NCBI GenBank assembly: GCA_963695545.1
Contig: OY968796.1
Location: 2,208,001-2,272,000 of the forward strand
DNA from: Terriglobia bacterium
GTDB lineage: Bacteria; Acidobacteriota; Terriglobia; Acidiferrales; UBA7541
DNA: 64,000 nucleotides
Direction of reading: 5' to 3'
Shown here piece after piece: positions 62,895 through 64,000 of the stretch. The stretch's first letter is position 1. The number at the start of each line of letters is the position of its first letter. The translations under genes and the position numbers were made by a program. The notes under the pieces were generated by a model. That model made no database searches. It was not told where the DNA came from and saw only the letters and a program-made list of their open reading frames with translations.

Positions 62895-64000
62895 TTGAAA
62901 CCGTTTGACGCAAATGGTGATTTTCAACCCATTGCAGCGGGCGACGGACTGCGCCGGGTGGCTGTCCGCGGCGCTGGAATGACGATTGTTGCGTCGGGAG
63001 CGTCGTTTGTCGTGCAGTTGACCTCGACCGTGGTTCTCGCGCGATTGCTTACGCCCAATGATTTCGGCATCGTGACCATGGTCACCACGTTTTGTCTCCT
63101 TCTGTGCAGCTTCGGCCTGAACGGGTTTTCGGAAGTGATCCTGCAGCGCGACGATGTGACGCATGCCCTTGCCAGCAATCTGTTCTGGATTAACCTTGGC
63201 GGCAGCGTCGTCCTGACCATCGTCTTCGCATGTGTGGGATCACTCCTAGCGGCCTTCTATCATGACCCGCTGGTGAAGAACGTGACCATCGCGATGTCGT
63301 TGATGATCTTCATCAGCAGTTTTGTGGTGGTCCATCAAGCGCTGCTCAATCGCGCCACGCGTTTTACGGCCGTTGCGGCCAACGTGGTCGTGGCGCGTGC
63401 GGTCTCGACGGTTGTCTCAATCATCCTGGCGCTGGCGGGCTGGGGTTATTGGGCGCTGGTCGTGGGCTTTATTTCGCTACCGCTCAGCATGTCCGTAGGC
63501 GTTTGGATCCTTTGTCGGTGGACGCCAAGCCTGCCACGCCGGGCCCCGGGCACCGGAGCGGCCGTGAAATTCGCGATGAATGTGTACTCCCACTACGGCT
63601 TCAGTTACTGTATGAATAATACTGACAACATGCTCGTTGGATGGCGGTTTGGCGCCCCGGCGCTCGGGTTTTACAAGAAGGCCTTCGACCTTTTCTACCT
63701 TCCCGTCAACCAAGTCGTGTCACCGATATCGGCCGTTGCCGTCGCGACGCTCAGCCGGTTCAAAAACGATCGCGCCTACTATCAGCGTCACCTTTTGGCG
63801 GGCATATCGTTCTTGGCGTTCTCGGGTATGGCGCTTGGCGGCGACTTGACGCTTGTCGGCAGAGATCTAATCCGCTGTTTGCTGGGTCCAGGCTGGGCAG
63901 AATCCGGACGAATCTTCACATTTTTTGGTCCTGGTATCGGCGTGATGTTGCTCTACAACACGCACGGGTGGATTCATCTTTCGGCCGGCCGGCCGGATCG
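62895..64000 (+). CDS. Second Wzx flippase, runs off window end
   Basis: GAGGA then TTG; MKPFDANGDF...LRRVAVRG...LARLLTPNDFG, NNTDNMLVG; paralog of the 56597 gene. Confidence 0.88.
   Translation, partial: MKPFDANGDFQPIAAGDGLRRVAVRGAGMTIVASGASFVVQLTSTVVLARLLTPNDFGIVTMVTTFCLLLCSFGLNGFSEVILQRDDVTHALASNLFWINLGGSVVLTIVFACVGSLLAAFYHDPLVKNVTIAMSLMIFISSFVVVHQALLNRATRFTAVAANVVVARAVSTVVSIILALAGWGYWALVVGFISLPLSMSVGVWILCRWTPSLPRRAPGTGAAVKFAMNVYSHYGFSYCMNNTDNMLVGWRFGAPALGFYKKAFDLFYLPVNQVVSPISAVAVATLSRFKNDRAYYQRHLLAGISFLAFSGMALGGDLTLVGRDLIRCLLGPGWAESGRIFTFFGPGIGVMLLYNTHGWIHLSAGRPD

Overview
GC-rich bacterial chromosome segment, most likely from Acidobacteriota. This is an inference from the rplM-rpsI-rpsB-tsf-pyrH-frr gene order, an acidobacterial-type VWA protein, a NusG-paralog-led polysaccharide locus and typical intergenic palindromes. 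Positions 1-37.2 kb hold housekeeping and envelope genes: recA, lexA, korAB, ribosomal and translation genes, GH31, a desaturase and GT-C-like membrane proteins. From ~37.3 kb to the end lies a visibly less GC-rich surface-polysaccharide (EPS/O-antigen) island. The two most interesting items are in this island. (1) A 91-nt tRNA-Ser-like gene (52193-52283) whose anticodon loop is replaced by a UUCG-capped hairpin sits directly upstream of a FemABX-like GNAT gene and an AsnB-like ligase lacking the catalytic Cys; this is a candidate dedicated non-ribosomal seryl-donor system for polysaccharide decoration. (2) A PDH-like E1alpha/E1beta pair is followed by an 'E2' whose lipoyl and subunit-binding domains are fused to a NeuD/PglD-type sugar acyltransferase, inserted at the site of a decayed ordinary acetyltransferase gene. 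Several single-base frameshifts, including one in the essential rpsB, indicate indel errors in the assembly. All calls come from reading motifs; no searches were run.
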